From Bacteroidia bacterium (GTDB lineage: Bacteria; Bacteroidota; Bacteroidia; Chitinophagales; Saprospiraceae), in assembly GCA_030426765.1 (NCBI GenBank), contig JAUHXV010000009.1, positions 10,633 to 74,632 on the forward strand: a stretch of 64,000 nucleotides of DNA, given 5' to 3'. Made by a program: the position numbers and the translations under genes. The notes under the pieces are model-generated. The model worked only from the letters and a program-made list of their open reading frames with translations, was not told the origin of the DNA and did not search any database. Of this stretch, positions 7,720 through 16,415 are shown one piece after another (position 1 is the first letter of the stretch; every line of letters begins with the position of its first letter).

Positions 7720-8271
7720 ATGAATCGTCACCCGATCCTGATCAGAAATATAAAACATCTTACGGATGCGCGTTACTTTGCCGCCATGGGCGTCGACTGG
7801 ATCAGTCTTTCACTTAACGATGATCCCACTTCCTTTGCATCGTGGCATACCCTGAGTGGTTGGATCGAAGGCGTTCAGCTGGCGGCTGAATTTGATGTGG
7901 ATAACGAAATGCTCTTTGCTAAAGCGATCATCGATGCCAAACCAGGTGCGATTGTAAGCGATAAGGATATTGGTGATCGCCTCCCTTCTGAGATTTCCCT
8001 TTTTTTAGAAACAGATCGGATTGATGAATCCTCTAAGCCTGATCGGACATGTTATTTGTTGCACCTTGATCACTATCGCAAACATGGACTGAGCAAGCAC
8101 ATCGATTCATCGCACATATTTTTAATGGCGGACTGGACACCGGAACTGTTAGAGGAAGTTCTTGCATCCGGATATTCCGGTGGCTTTTGTTTTTCCGGTG
8201 GTGAAGAGGAAGAAGTGGGCATGCGTGATTACGAGAGCATGGACAAGCTTCTTTATCGGCTTAACGGTTAA
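7720..8271 (+). CDS. hypothetical protein, weak resemblance to phosphoribosylanthranilate isomerase (TrpF) fold
   Basis: N-terminal IKHLTDARYFAAMGVDWISLSL and C-terminal GFCFSGGEEEEVGMRDYESMDKLL loosely resemble TrpF termini. No strong motif. Confidence 0.35.
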   Translation: MNRHPILIRNIKHLTDARYFAAMGVDWISLSLNDDPTSFASWHTLSGWIEGVQLAAEFDVDNEMLFAKAIIDAKPGAIVSDKDIGDRLPSEISLFLETDRIDESSKPDRTCYLLHLDHYRKHGLSKHIDSSHIFLMADWTPELLEEVLASGYSGGFCFSGGEEEEVGMRDYESMDKLLYRLNG

Positions 8272-8327
8272 GGGTCAAGGGTAAACGGTTTAGGCTTGCT
8301 CTATTGTTTACTGGAGGAGCATGCAGT

Positions 8328-8428
8328 GGGCGGAAAAGAGGAAGAGAGGAAGAGGCGGAAAAGCCAATTTAATTTTTATTCAAGGATAATGCAGAAATAA
8401 AACTGCGCCTCTGCGCCTCTGCGTGCGT
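8328..8428. repeat. purine-rich GGCGGAAAAGAG-type block plus a 30-nt module identical to 23241-23270
   Basis: aaaactgcgcctctgcgcctctgcgtgcgt occurs at 8399-8428 and 23241-23270 (30/30 identical), each preceded by a gg[ca]ggaaaagag[ga]aagagg block. Confidence 0.9.
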
Positions 8429-8544
8429 ATTTATATTGCGAAGTGAATTGAGGAAAAACAGGGGTCGGGGTTGCGCCGTTCCACTGATCAACAAATCGCT
8501 CTTTGCCCTTTGTTTCATTGATACTGATATTTCTGGTTCACGTA

Positions 8545-8604
8545 GAACCCCCTCGTTCTGCGAACGATCCCCCTCGAAAAGGGGATGCATTTTCCTGGAG
8601 ACGG
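8545..8604 (+). repeat. mosaic hairpin element, short form (copy ii)
   Basis: gaaccccc-tcgttctgcgaacga-tccccctcgaaaaggggat-gcattttcctggagacgg. Confidence 0.9.
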
Positions 8605-8724
8605 AAAGGGAACCCTTTTCCTTATTAAGTTTTGCACGCAGAGTCGAAAAGACGCAAAGGTGTGATATTCTCATATCAATAAATCACTCCATCACTCCCT
8701 CACGTTCCGCGCAGCGGAACTTTC

Positions 8725-10203
8725 CTAGTAATACGCAAAATCAGAAAACTGCGCACAAGACTCCATCAGGTACAGAAAGTGGAGCTCATTCGGATCATTT
8801 TCCAATCGGTCCCAATCAGAAACGAGGATGACGATGGCTAGAAAATCACCATCATTGATCATGATCTCTCCGGTAAAGTCGGCCACTACTTCGTTGTATT
8901 CGTTGTAGAATTCCTGTGACACAAACTCGGAGTAATACGGATTGTAATCATCATAACTGTAATCTTCGATGTCGTCAGGATGCGGGGTCATATTATATCC
9001 GGCCTGCTGCATGCCGTATTTAAAGTTTTCCATCGTTTGCATGCCCTGACTCATATCGTATCCGGGGGAAATATAAAAATGCATGCTGATGGATCCGCCG
9101 GGACTGGTAGTGCCCAGATAGGTGCCATACTCATTTCGATTGGCAGTCAGGTAGGTATTGCTCGGAACCATAAGTGTGACACCGGTTGACCCTTCCGTAT
9201 AGATGTCCACACTTGAATTGTACAGATTGTCAAGTGTGTAGTCGTCCTCAGATTCGAAGATGTCATCAATGTAGTGCTGATCTTCTTCAAACATAGATAG
9301 GTAGAGCTCTTCAAAGCTCATCCGGTAGTCGTGATAGATCTCGAGATTCATGCCTTCCATATTGGAAATCGATGATGATTCGAAATCAGATGCCTGATAG
9401 CGCTCTTCCTCAGAGAGAAGCGGATTGTCGGAGCGCATGCCGCTAAACATATATTGGTTGCCACTGGCACCCCCGCAGGCTTGCATGCTACCGGGATACG
9501 GCGTACCCTGACTGTAGAGTCTCAGAAAGCTTTCTGACGGAATAGCCCATACACAGGATTTTCCGCCAACAAGATTAGCACCACCGTCTACGAGGCCAAC
9601 GATCTTTCCATTGTAGGTGAGAGGAGAGCCGGAATGGGCTTTGCGAATATTAGGCTCTTTGAAGTTGATCACCTCAGCGGTCATACCAGGGTAATACTGC
9701 CCGCCATCCTGGCACAGCGCTTTGGTCAGGCCTCCTGAACTATTAGCCACTCTCGGACTGATCCTTGACAAACTTGTTTGCTCTTCAAGTACTGTGGTTT
9801 TAGGCGTAAGCTGACGGGTGTTGAGTGGAATTTCCCAAAACTGCACATTGGTATCCCACGGTGGATTTCCGGAGTAAAGGGCCAGGGGCGGGATGCCGAG
9901 TGGGGTGTGTAATTTTAACAGAGCAAGATCTGATGCTTTGTAGATCTTTTCAATGGACGCATAGGACTGCTTTCCCTGCCACATGACCAGGATTGTGCTT
10001 TTTCCGGCGACTACATGAAGTGCAGTGACAATTCTGTCGGGCAAATTCTGTGGACCTCCATATGCGACGCCATACCCCGAGCCTTTGTCGGCATGGATTT
10101 GCACAACAGAGTTTTGCTGGGCAGTTAAGGTGAGGTGAATGAACATCATGCTCACGATGAGCAGACAAGCAGAAAGTGTACGAGGCGTTATTAATTTTTT
10201 CAT
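8725..10203 (-). CDS. secreted trypsin-like (S1/chymotrypsin fold) serine peptidase with an acidic Tyr-rich C-terminal domain
   Basis: Triad context TALHVV (His), SDLALLKL (Asp), AHSGSPL (Ser). Start trimmed to MKKLITPRTLSACLLIV... (cat at 10201-10203), which gives a signal peptide. Confidence 0.7.
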   Translation of the reverse strand: MKKLITPRTLSACLLIVSMMFIHLTLTAQQNSVVQIHADKGSGYGVAYGGPQNLPDRIVTALHVVAGKSTILVMWQGKQSYASIEKIYKASDLALLKLHTPLGIPPLALYSGNPPWDTNVQFWEIPLNTRQLTPKTTVLEEQTSLSRISPRVANSSGGLTKALCQDGGQYYPGMTAEVINFKEPNIRKAHSGSPLTYNGKIVGLVDGGANLVGGKSCVWAIPSESFLRLYSQGTPYPGSMQACGGASGNQYMFSGMRSDNPLLSEEERYQASDFESSSISNMEGMNLEIYHDYRMSFEELYLSMFEEDQHYIDDIFESEDDYTLDNLYNSSVDIYTEGSTGVTLMVPSNTYLTANRNEYGTYLGTTSPGGSISMHFYISPGYDMSQGMQTMENFKYGMQQAGYNMTPHPDDIEDYSYDDYNPYYSEFVSQEFYNEYNEVVADFTGEIMINDGDFLAIVILVSDWDRLENDPNELHFLYLMESCAQFSDFAYY

Positions 10204-10335
10204 GGTATATGTTTCGTGTATCCGAAAATACAACTTTAATTTTTTTGGAAAGGGTTGCTATGTATTCCCGTCTTATCATCAGGGGTTTATAATTTTCAAC
10301 TACCTTTCCGCGTAGGTAAATACAACGTAAACCAT

Positions 10336-11430
10336 ATGAGTCAAAAGCCTGCATTTACGATTCGGGGGAAGGAGATCGAGGTGAGTCGCCCTGAACCACT
10401 GGAGGCATCTGCCGAAGTGATTCGGCTGACTAAGCGAATGGATATGGATGAAGCGCTGGAGGCGCTGGAGGAAGGCAGGTATGTGATGATCCGTGATTTC
10501 TTCAGCACGGGTTTGAATCTGCTTCGCGAACTGAAACAGCGTCTTAGCTATAAAGGAGGCAATCAGACTTTTGAAAGCCAGCGTGCATTCCGAAAAGCGT
10601 ACAGAGAACGCTCACATCGGGTATTGCTCCGCATCGAGCGACACAAGATCACTGCAAGGAAATCGCCTATTGTCGGTTGGTTCGAAATACTCTATCCGGA
10701 CGTGAGTGAATTTCTATTGCCTTTTCCGCAGGTGCAGGGGCTGAATAGTTCGTGGCAGTGGTATGAGAAAGGGATAAAATTTCCCGGATTGCGTCAGCGG
10801 ATTCACCCATATTATGGGGTCTATTTTCCGACACGATTTGATCATGTGTTGCTCTTTGATGCCTGGTTAAAAAACTATGCGGGAAAACGTGAGGTGGCTA
10901 TTGATGTGGGCACGGGCTGTGGTGTGCTTGCTTTTCTTTTGCGTAAGTATCGATTTGGTATAGTGCATGCTACGGATCATAATCCTAATGCAATTATCGG
11001 GTTGCAGCAATCATTGAAAAGTGAAAAGCAGAGTGAGGGAATTGAACTCTACTATGGAGATTTGTTTGCCGACTGTGATCAGGAGGCGGATCTGATCGTG
11101 TTTAATCCACCGTGGCTTCCGGCCGACAAGGAGATGGAGGGTTTGGATACGGCCATCTACTATGATGAGCATTTGTTTCCAGCCTTCTTTGCAGAAGCTA
11201 AGAAACATCTGAAGCCGGATGGACAACTGGTATTGTTGTTTTCTAATCTCGCCCAGGTCTCTAATCTGGCTAAGGATCATCCAATAGAAAAGGAATTGGC
11301 TTCAGGCGCTCGTTTTGAAAAAGTTGAACTACAGCAGGCGGAGGTAAAATCGGCTTCTAAAAAGACAAGAAGAAATGCGCAATGGAGAAGTAGGGAGAAA
11401 GTGGAGTTGTGGGTGTTGCGGCATAAATGA
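10336..11430 (+). CDS. class I SAM-dependent methyltransferase with NPPW motif (HemK/PrmC-like or N6-adenine-like)
   Basis: IDVGTGCGVLAFLL (motif I) and DLIVFNPPWLP (motif IV). About 190 aa of unassigned N-terminal region. Start set to ATG 10336 (MSQKP...). Confidence 0.7.
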   Translation: MSQKPAFTIRGKEIEVSRPEPLEASAEVIRLTKRMDMDEALEALEEGRYVMIRDFFSTGLNLLRELKQRLSYKGGNQTFESQRAFRKAYRERSHRVLLRIERHKITARKSPIVGWFEILYPDVSEFLLPFPQVQGLNSSWQWYEKGIKFPGLRQRIHPYYGVYFPTRFDHVLLFDAWLKNYAGKREVAIDVGTGCGVLAFLLRKYRFGIVHATDHNPNAIIGLQQSLKSEKQSEGIELYYGDLFADCDQEADLIVFNPPWLPADKEMEGLDTAIYYDEHLFPAFFAEAKKHLKPDGQLVLLFSNLAQVSNLAKDHPIEKELASGARFEKVELQQAEVKSASKKTRRNAQWRSREKVELWVLRHK

Positions 11431-11470
11431 TTTTAATCGCACAGCCAGAGGAATAAAATTTATTATGTCT

Positions 11471-11624
11471 CGTTCTGAAATCGTTGATCAGTGTTCCTTG
11501 TTCGTTAATCAAATCAGGTTTAGAAACCGAATTGAACACCGAACAAGGATTAACGATATTTGATTTTAGAAGGTTTTGTGCCGTTCTGAAATCGTTGATC
11601 GGTGTTTCTTGTTCGTTAATCACA
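11471..11624. repeat. two 43-nt direct repeats, 111 bp apart
   Basis: cgttctgaaatcgttgatc[ag]gtgtt[ct]cttgttcgttaatca at 11471 and 11582. A 9-bp complement cgaacaagg lies between them at 11541-11549. Confidence 0.85.
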
Positions 11625-11629
11625 TCCAT

Positions 11630-11792
11630 CCTGGAGCATATGTCGTTGGAGCAAACTCCAATCCCGCTGTACTGCGGGAGCCAAGCCGTTATATTGGGTT
11701 GCGGAGATTGCCGATGCACCAGATAAGGAGCGCTAGTCCGCCGAAGGCTGATGCTCCTGCATCTCTGTGTCCCGGCATCCATTTATCTAAAA
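11630..11792 (+). repeat. about 150-nt structured non-coding element, copy 1
   Basis: Shares the ordered blocks cctggag, gttggagcaaactccaa, agattgccgatgca, gctcctgcatctctgtgtcc and gcatccat with 14329-14475. Confidence 0.8.
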
Positions 11793-11903
11793 TCCTCTAA
11801 CCACCGAAAGAAAACTTCCTTAAAGAATTATTAGCCCGATAATCGAAATGATGGCAAGCAACGTAAATAAATAGTAATTTGTACAGATAAATTTGTACAG
11901 AAT

Positions 11904-12497
11904 TTGACGCAATCAATCAAATACGCATTTTTCGTTTTTTGTCTTCATGTGATTTCCATTCCGGCACAGGATATAACAGACAGTCTGGAAGCTATTACTC
12001 CCGGAAATGACTTTGAGGAGTATTATCGGGACGCACTTATATATAAAGCAGATATACTCTTAGGTGATACCATTAAGACATCTGACTCTACCGATATTGC
12101 AGACCTTGCATCATTGTGTCCCTGGCAAGGCGGAAGAGGGCTGACCGTTGCGAAAGGACTGCTCATGATGCTCACGGATTCCATTTGGAAGGCAGAACCA
12201 AATGTCTGCACTTCTCCCTCCCCATATATTGTATATCCTAACCCTAATATCCAACTCGATGAAGGGCATATTCAAACGGTCTACCCCAACCCATCGAGCG
12301 ATGTCATAAATCTTGTATCTGAATCAGTTATAGAAGTTGCCGAAATAAGATCTTCCTCGAATTCTATCTTGAAAACTTTTAATCCGAATTCAAAGAAACT
12401 ATCTGTTGATGTTTCTCTATATCCAGCCGGTATATATTACATTATTACCAAGGCTGGAAAAAGATTAGACGCCCGTAAAGTCGTTATAATTAAATAG
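11904..12497 (+). CDS. secreted hypothetical protein with T9SS C-terminal sorting domain
   Basis: Signal-like N-terminus. The C-terminus reads VYPNPSSDVINL...LYPAGIYYIITKAGKRLDARKVVIIK. TTG start as given in the ORF track. Confidence 0.6.
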   Translation: MTQSIKYAFFVFCLHVISIPAQDITDSLEAITPGNDFEEYYRDALIYKADILLGDTIKTSDSTDIADLASLCPWQGGRGLTVAKGLLMMLTDSIWKAEPNVCTSPSPYIVYPNPNIQLDEGHIQTVYPNPSSDVINLVSESVIEVAEIRSSSNSILKTFNPNSKKLSVDVSLYPAGIYYIITKAGKRLDARKVVIIK

Positions 12498-12499
12498 TC

Positions 12500-14269
12500 A
12501 TGTTTAGAACTCTACTGATTACATGTTTTCTGCTTTTATCAAGTATAGTTGCATTTAGCCAACGGCAAGGAGATTCCTGGGTAATTGGGTATTTCGATTT
12601 TGTTGGTAAAAGCAGTCATAGTTTGATGTTTTTGGATTTTACACGGAATTCAATGGAAATTGAACTTAAGTATGACATCCAAAATTACATGCTTGAAACT
12701 GGTGCCAACATATGTAATTCAGTAGGTGAGCCCATCATCTGGACCAATGGTATGGAGATCTTTGGTCCGGATGGGGCTTATATAGCTGATTCCATCGCAT
12801 TTGATGGCAATTTTGGATATTGGAGTTTTTTTTCCGGTGGAGAAAAACCCGCTTTGGGTTTTAGAAAGCCGGATGGGGCATTGATTTTACCTGTACCTGA
12901 TTCAGAAAACGAATACTCAGTTATATACCATACAGCTCAATGGCATCCTGATGAGGGATATTATCAAATTTGGAAGTTTCTTGAAGCGAGAGTGGAGATG
13001 AGTCAGGATAGCGTTTTCAGTATTGTATATCAGGATTCATTAATTGGTGAACAGCATCACTGGTATGTTGACAGAATAGAAGCCGTGCGTCATGCTAACG
13101 GAAGAGATTGGTGGATTGTGTATTTTGAGAGACTGTCTTCAAAGTATTATTGCTTTCTCCTATCCCCTGATGGAATTCAACACAGTCATACTAGAGAAAC
13201 CAAGGCTCCAGTGTATCATGGGTTAGGTCAGTCATGCTTTTCCCCTGATGGAAACTACTTCGCCAGAATGGATAGCTATGATTTTGAAATAGGGCAGTTT
13301 TTAACATTATATTCTTTTGACCGTTGTTCTGGTCATTTAGAAATTCTTGAAACGTTTAATTCAACAGCAGGCGTTTTTTCTGGTGTAGCTTTTTCCCCTT
13401 CGGGACAGTATTTGTATGGCAATAATAACGACACGCTTTGGCAGTGGGATCTCTGGGATGAGAATATACCCGATTCCAGAAAGATTGCCGGAGAGTTTGA
13501 TGGATTCGTAGAGCCCGAGTGGTTTCCAACTTATCTTGGACCACAAGTATTGGCCCCTGACGGGAAAATTTACATGATGCCAGCTTCTTCAACTAAATAT
13601 ATGCACGTCATAAATCGACCTGATTTACCTACTGATATGTGTAAGTTTGATCAGCATAGTATAAACCTGACTGTACCAAATGCTAGGACGGCTCCAAACA
13701 TCCCCAACTTCAGACTAGGCCCCCTTGACGGCAGCCCCTGCGATACGCTTGGGATTGACAATATCCCGGTGTCACGGTGGCGGTATGAGGAAGATGAGCC
13801 GGGATGGTATCATGATATCAGATTTACTGATCTGTCGTTTTACGACCCGCAGACCTGGTACTGGGATTTTGGGGACGGAGAGACAAGCGATGAGCCGAGT
13901 CCTGTCCACAGTTTTGAGGATGGACTCTACCACGTCTGCCTCACCGTCAGCAATGCCAATGGAACAGACAGTACTTGTCAGTGGATAGAAATACTTCCGA
14001 CAGGTACACATGATGCGTCTGACCCCGATACAGACCTCAGCGTCAGACCAAATCCTTTTGACACGGAGCTGCATATCGAATCAAAGAGCGGCGTGTTCAG
14101 GACTGCTTCATTTCATCTCTTCGACATGTATGGTCGACTGATCCTACATCAGCCCGAGATCCCGATCCCACTGAAGATATCCCTGCCTTCTCTTCCATCC
14201 GGTATGTACCTGTGCCGGATCGAAGAGGCAGATGGGACGAGCTATAGCTTTAAGGTGATGAAACAGTAG
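12500..14269 (+). CDS. secreted protein with PKD domain and T9SS C-terminal sorting domain
   Basis: WYWDFGDGETSDEPSPVHSFEDGLYHVCLTVSNANGTDS (PKD). C-terminal VRPNPFDTELHIES...GMYLCRIEEADGTSYSFKVMKQ. Starts 2 nt after the preceding gene. Confidence 0.7.
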   Translation: MFRTLLITCFLLLSSIVAFSQRQGDSWVIGYFDFVGKSSHSLMFLDFTRNSMEIELKYDIQNYMLETGANICNSVGEPIIWTNGMEIFGPDGAYIADSIAFDGNFGYWSFFSGGEKPALGFRKPDGALILPVPDSENEYSVIYHTAQWHPDEGYYQIWKFLEARVEMSQDSVFSIVYQDSLIGEQHHWYVDRIEAVRHANGRDWWIVYFERLSSKYYCFLLSPDGIQHSHTRETKAPVYHGLGQSCFSPDGNYFARMDSYDFEIGQFLTLYSFDRCSGHLEILETFNSTAGVFSGVAFSPSGQYLYGNNNDTLWQWDLWDENIPDSRKIAGEFDGFVEPEWFPTYLGPQVLAPDGKIYMMPASSTKYMHVINRPDLPTDMCKFDQHSINLTVPNARTAPNIPNFRLGPLDGSPCDTLGIDNIPVSRWRYEEDEPGWYHDIRFTDLSFYDPQTWYWDFGDGETSDEPSPVHSFEDGLYHVCLTVSNANGTDSTCQWIEILPTGTHDASDPDTDLSVRPNPFDTELHIESKSGVFRTASFHLFDMYGRLILHQPEIPIPLKISLPSLPSGMYLCRIEEADGTSYSFKVMKQ

Positions 14270-14328
14270 GGGGGTTGTGTAAAAGATATTTATTTCTCTG
14301 CTTCAATGCATGGCGTAATCAAATCCTG

Positions 14329-14475
14329 CCTGGAGGTTGAGTTGTTGGAGCAAACTCCAACAACGGCAATTTCATTTTTTTAAAATCAAGGAACTCTAGG
14401 ACTCAGAGCTGCAGATTGGCCGATGCAAGGAGTTTGCTCCTGCGTCTCTGTGTCCATGCATCCATCCGTGCACGC
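14329..14475 (+). repeat. about 150-nt structured non-coding element, copy 2
   Basis: Same ordered blocks as copy 1. Contains a perfect 10-bp hairpin gttgttggag-caaa-ctccaacaac. Confidence 0.8.
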
Positions 14476-14487
14476 TTGAAATTTCAG

Positions 14488-15612
14488 TCAATCCTGATCA
14501 ACGAGCAGAGCCCCCTTACTAAGTTCAAAGTGTATGAAATCAGGTGAAAAACCGAACTCATTTTGATAAGAATCCGCACACCCCTCTTCAAAATCACGAA
14601 TGGCCTCTTCTTTTATCAGGCACAACACACATCCGCCAAAACCACCACCCATCATGCGCGCTCCGTACACTCCATTGTATTTGTTCGCAAAGTCAGCGAG
14701 GTGATCGAGCTCGGGGCAACTCACTTCGTACAGCTTTCGAAGCCCTTCATGAGAAGCGTTCAGTAGTTGGCCGGCAGCCTGAGGATCGTGTGTTTCAATG
14801 GCCTTTTGCATCTCCGGTACACGGTTGTTTTCTTCAATCACAAATCGGGCTCTGTTGGAAAGTGTTTGCGGAAGTTGCATCTCTTCCAACATTCCAGGTG
14901 TCACATCGCGCAAACTTTCCACTGAAGGAAATTTTTTCCTGATTAAATCAACAGCCTGTCTGCATTCATTGGACCGTTGATTGTAATTGGTATCGATGAG
15001 ATTGTGCTGCACCTTCGTGTTGATCAACATCCACCTGCCACCTGCCAAATCCACCTTAAAGTGTTGGTATTCTTTTGTTCGGCAATCGAGTAGCATGACG
15101 TGATCCTTTTTGCTCAGGAGAATCGCATACTGATCCATAATGCCTCCCTGCACACCGATTACCTCTCGTTCCACCTGGCTGGCAATAGCCGCCAGTTGTT
15201 CGCCGGTTTCCTTTCTTTTTGTTAGTTCTTTTAGCGCGAGCAGCACACCGCAAACAAGTGCGGAGGAGGAGGACATACCGGCTCCGATCGGCAGATCACC
15301 TCCGATGAGTATGTGCAAAGACCCGATATCGGGTGCGTAAGAAGTGATGGCCCCATGAATATACTTAGCCCAGGAGGGAAGTGGTGTTTCGCCTTGAATC
15401 TCCTCTCCCAGATCACTTGCTATCCAATGGTGATCTGAACTCTTTCCCACCATTACATACTGCGACTGACTTGTTGCTCCCGGCAGAACAAATCCCTGGT
15501 TGTAATCCGTATGTTCTCCGATGATATTGACACGTCCCGGCGATCGGATAATCACCTCGGGATAGGAAGGTCCGAAGTGTTGTTGCCATTTCTGTATCAA
15601 GGTGTCGAGCAT
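14488..15612 (-). CDS. galK: galactokinase
   Basis: GRVNIIGEHTDYN galactokinase signature and the GHMP kinase motif PIGAGMSSSSAL. Confidence 0.9.
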   Translation of the reverse strand: MLDTLIQKWQQHFGPSYPEVIIRSPGRVNIIGEHTDYNQGFVLPGATSQSQYVMVGKSSDHHWIASDLGEEIQGETPLPSWAKYIHGAITSYAPDIGSLHILIGGDLPIGAGMSSSSALVCGVLLALKELTKRKETGEQLAAIASQVEREVIGVQGGIMDQYAILLSKKDHVMLLDCRTKEYQHFKVDLAGGRWMLINTKVQHNLIDTNYNQRSNECRQAVDLIRKKFPSVESLRDVTPGMLEEMQLPQTLSNRARFVIEENNRVPEMQKAIETHDPQAAGQLLNASHEGLRKLYEVSCPELDHLADFANKYNGVYGARMMGGGFGGCVLCLIKEEAIRDFEEGCADSYQNEFGFSPDFIHFELSKGALLVDQD

Positions 15613-15629
15613 GTCAGTTTTTATGTTTG

Positions 15630-15918
15630 GGCCTTTTCCTCTCTTCTGCCTCTTTCTCTTTTCCGCCTAAAATGCAAATCTTTGATTTGAGACATCCCCC
15701 GAAATCCCTCGACATAAACCTTTCTGCCCTTCCGCCCTTCCGCCCTAAAATCACATGGCAGTGTTTAGGCATAGGCCTCTTCCTCTTTTCTGCCTCTTTC
15801 TCTTTTCCGCCTAAAATGCAAATCCTTGATTTGAGACATCCCCCGAAATCCCTCAACATTAAACGTTCAGACCCTCGTCATAAACCTTTCTGCCCTTCCG
15901 CCCTTCCGCCTTTCTGCC
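15630..15918. repeat. tandem duplication, about 144-bp period (second copy carries a 22-nt insertion)
   Basis: ttccgcctaaaatgcaaatc[tc]ttgatttgagacatcccccgaaatccctc at 15661 and 15805. aaacctttctgcccttccgcccttccgcc at 15715 and 15882. Confidence 0.9.
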
Positions 15919-15927
15919 ATCACTTGA

Positions 15928-16353
15928 TCACATCCATCCTGCTCCAAGTTCCCGGAATGGCCATGGAATAGCCACAAGGATGACCAACAAAGCAATAAGG
16001 TAGAAGAGGAATACGCGTTTGGCATTTCCTTTTTTAGCATGGCCGTAGCCCAGTGTGATGAGGATAATAGCGATCAGCATCATCACAGTATGCTCGACTG
16101 TGAAGAAGCGAAACACAGAATTGCTCATGGTATTCGAAGAAAACTCCACCTTGACACTCATAAAATACAAACCCAATCCCAGCACCGCCTGTAGGTGAGC
16201 CGCTATGAGCGTGAAGAGGCTGAGTTTGCGGTCCCCTTCTGTAAAAGGTGTCTGGCCATTGCGCTTTCCAAAAACGCTGACAATCGTCAGGATAAGCAGA
16301 ATCAACAGAATCCATCGAAGTCCTGAATGAGAATGAGTAAGTGCCGGATACAT
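15928..16353 (-). CDS. small integral membrane protein (about 4 TM helices)
   Basis: The 141 aa ORF is hydrophobic throughout (LRWILLILLILTIVSVF, VLGLGLYFM, MMLIAIILITLGY, LFYLIALLVILVAI). Confidence 0.55.
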   Translation of the reverse strand: MYPALTHSHSGLRWILLILLILTIVSVFGKRNGQTPFTEGDRKLSLFTLIAAHLQAVLGLGLYFMSVKVEFSSNTMSNSVFRFFTVEHTVMMLIAIILITLGYGHAKKGNAKRVFLFYLIALLVILVAIPWPFRELGAGWM

Positions 16354-16415
16354 AGTCTATGAGTTTAGTTGTGAGGCGAAAATAATCAAATACTCATGAG
16401 GCCAAGCATTTTCAT

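Noticed and set aside
11357-11782. 141-aa ORF on the minus strand in the 11.4-11.9 kb gap
   Set aside because: It translates the 43-nt direct repeats and the structured element, overlaps the 3' end of the methyltransferase gene, and has no motif.
15929-15941. 13-nt identity (cacatccatcctg) between the end of the membrane-protein gene and the start of the structured element at 11621
   Set aside because: Roughly tens of 13-mer coincidences are expected in a window this size on both strands. It lies inside coding sequence.
15614-15971. ORFs 15614-15859 (-) and 15627-15971 (+) with internally duplicated peptide sequence
   Set aside because: Both lie wholly in the 144-bp tandem repeat, on opposite strands. 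They have low-complexity composition and no start context.
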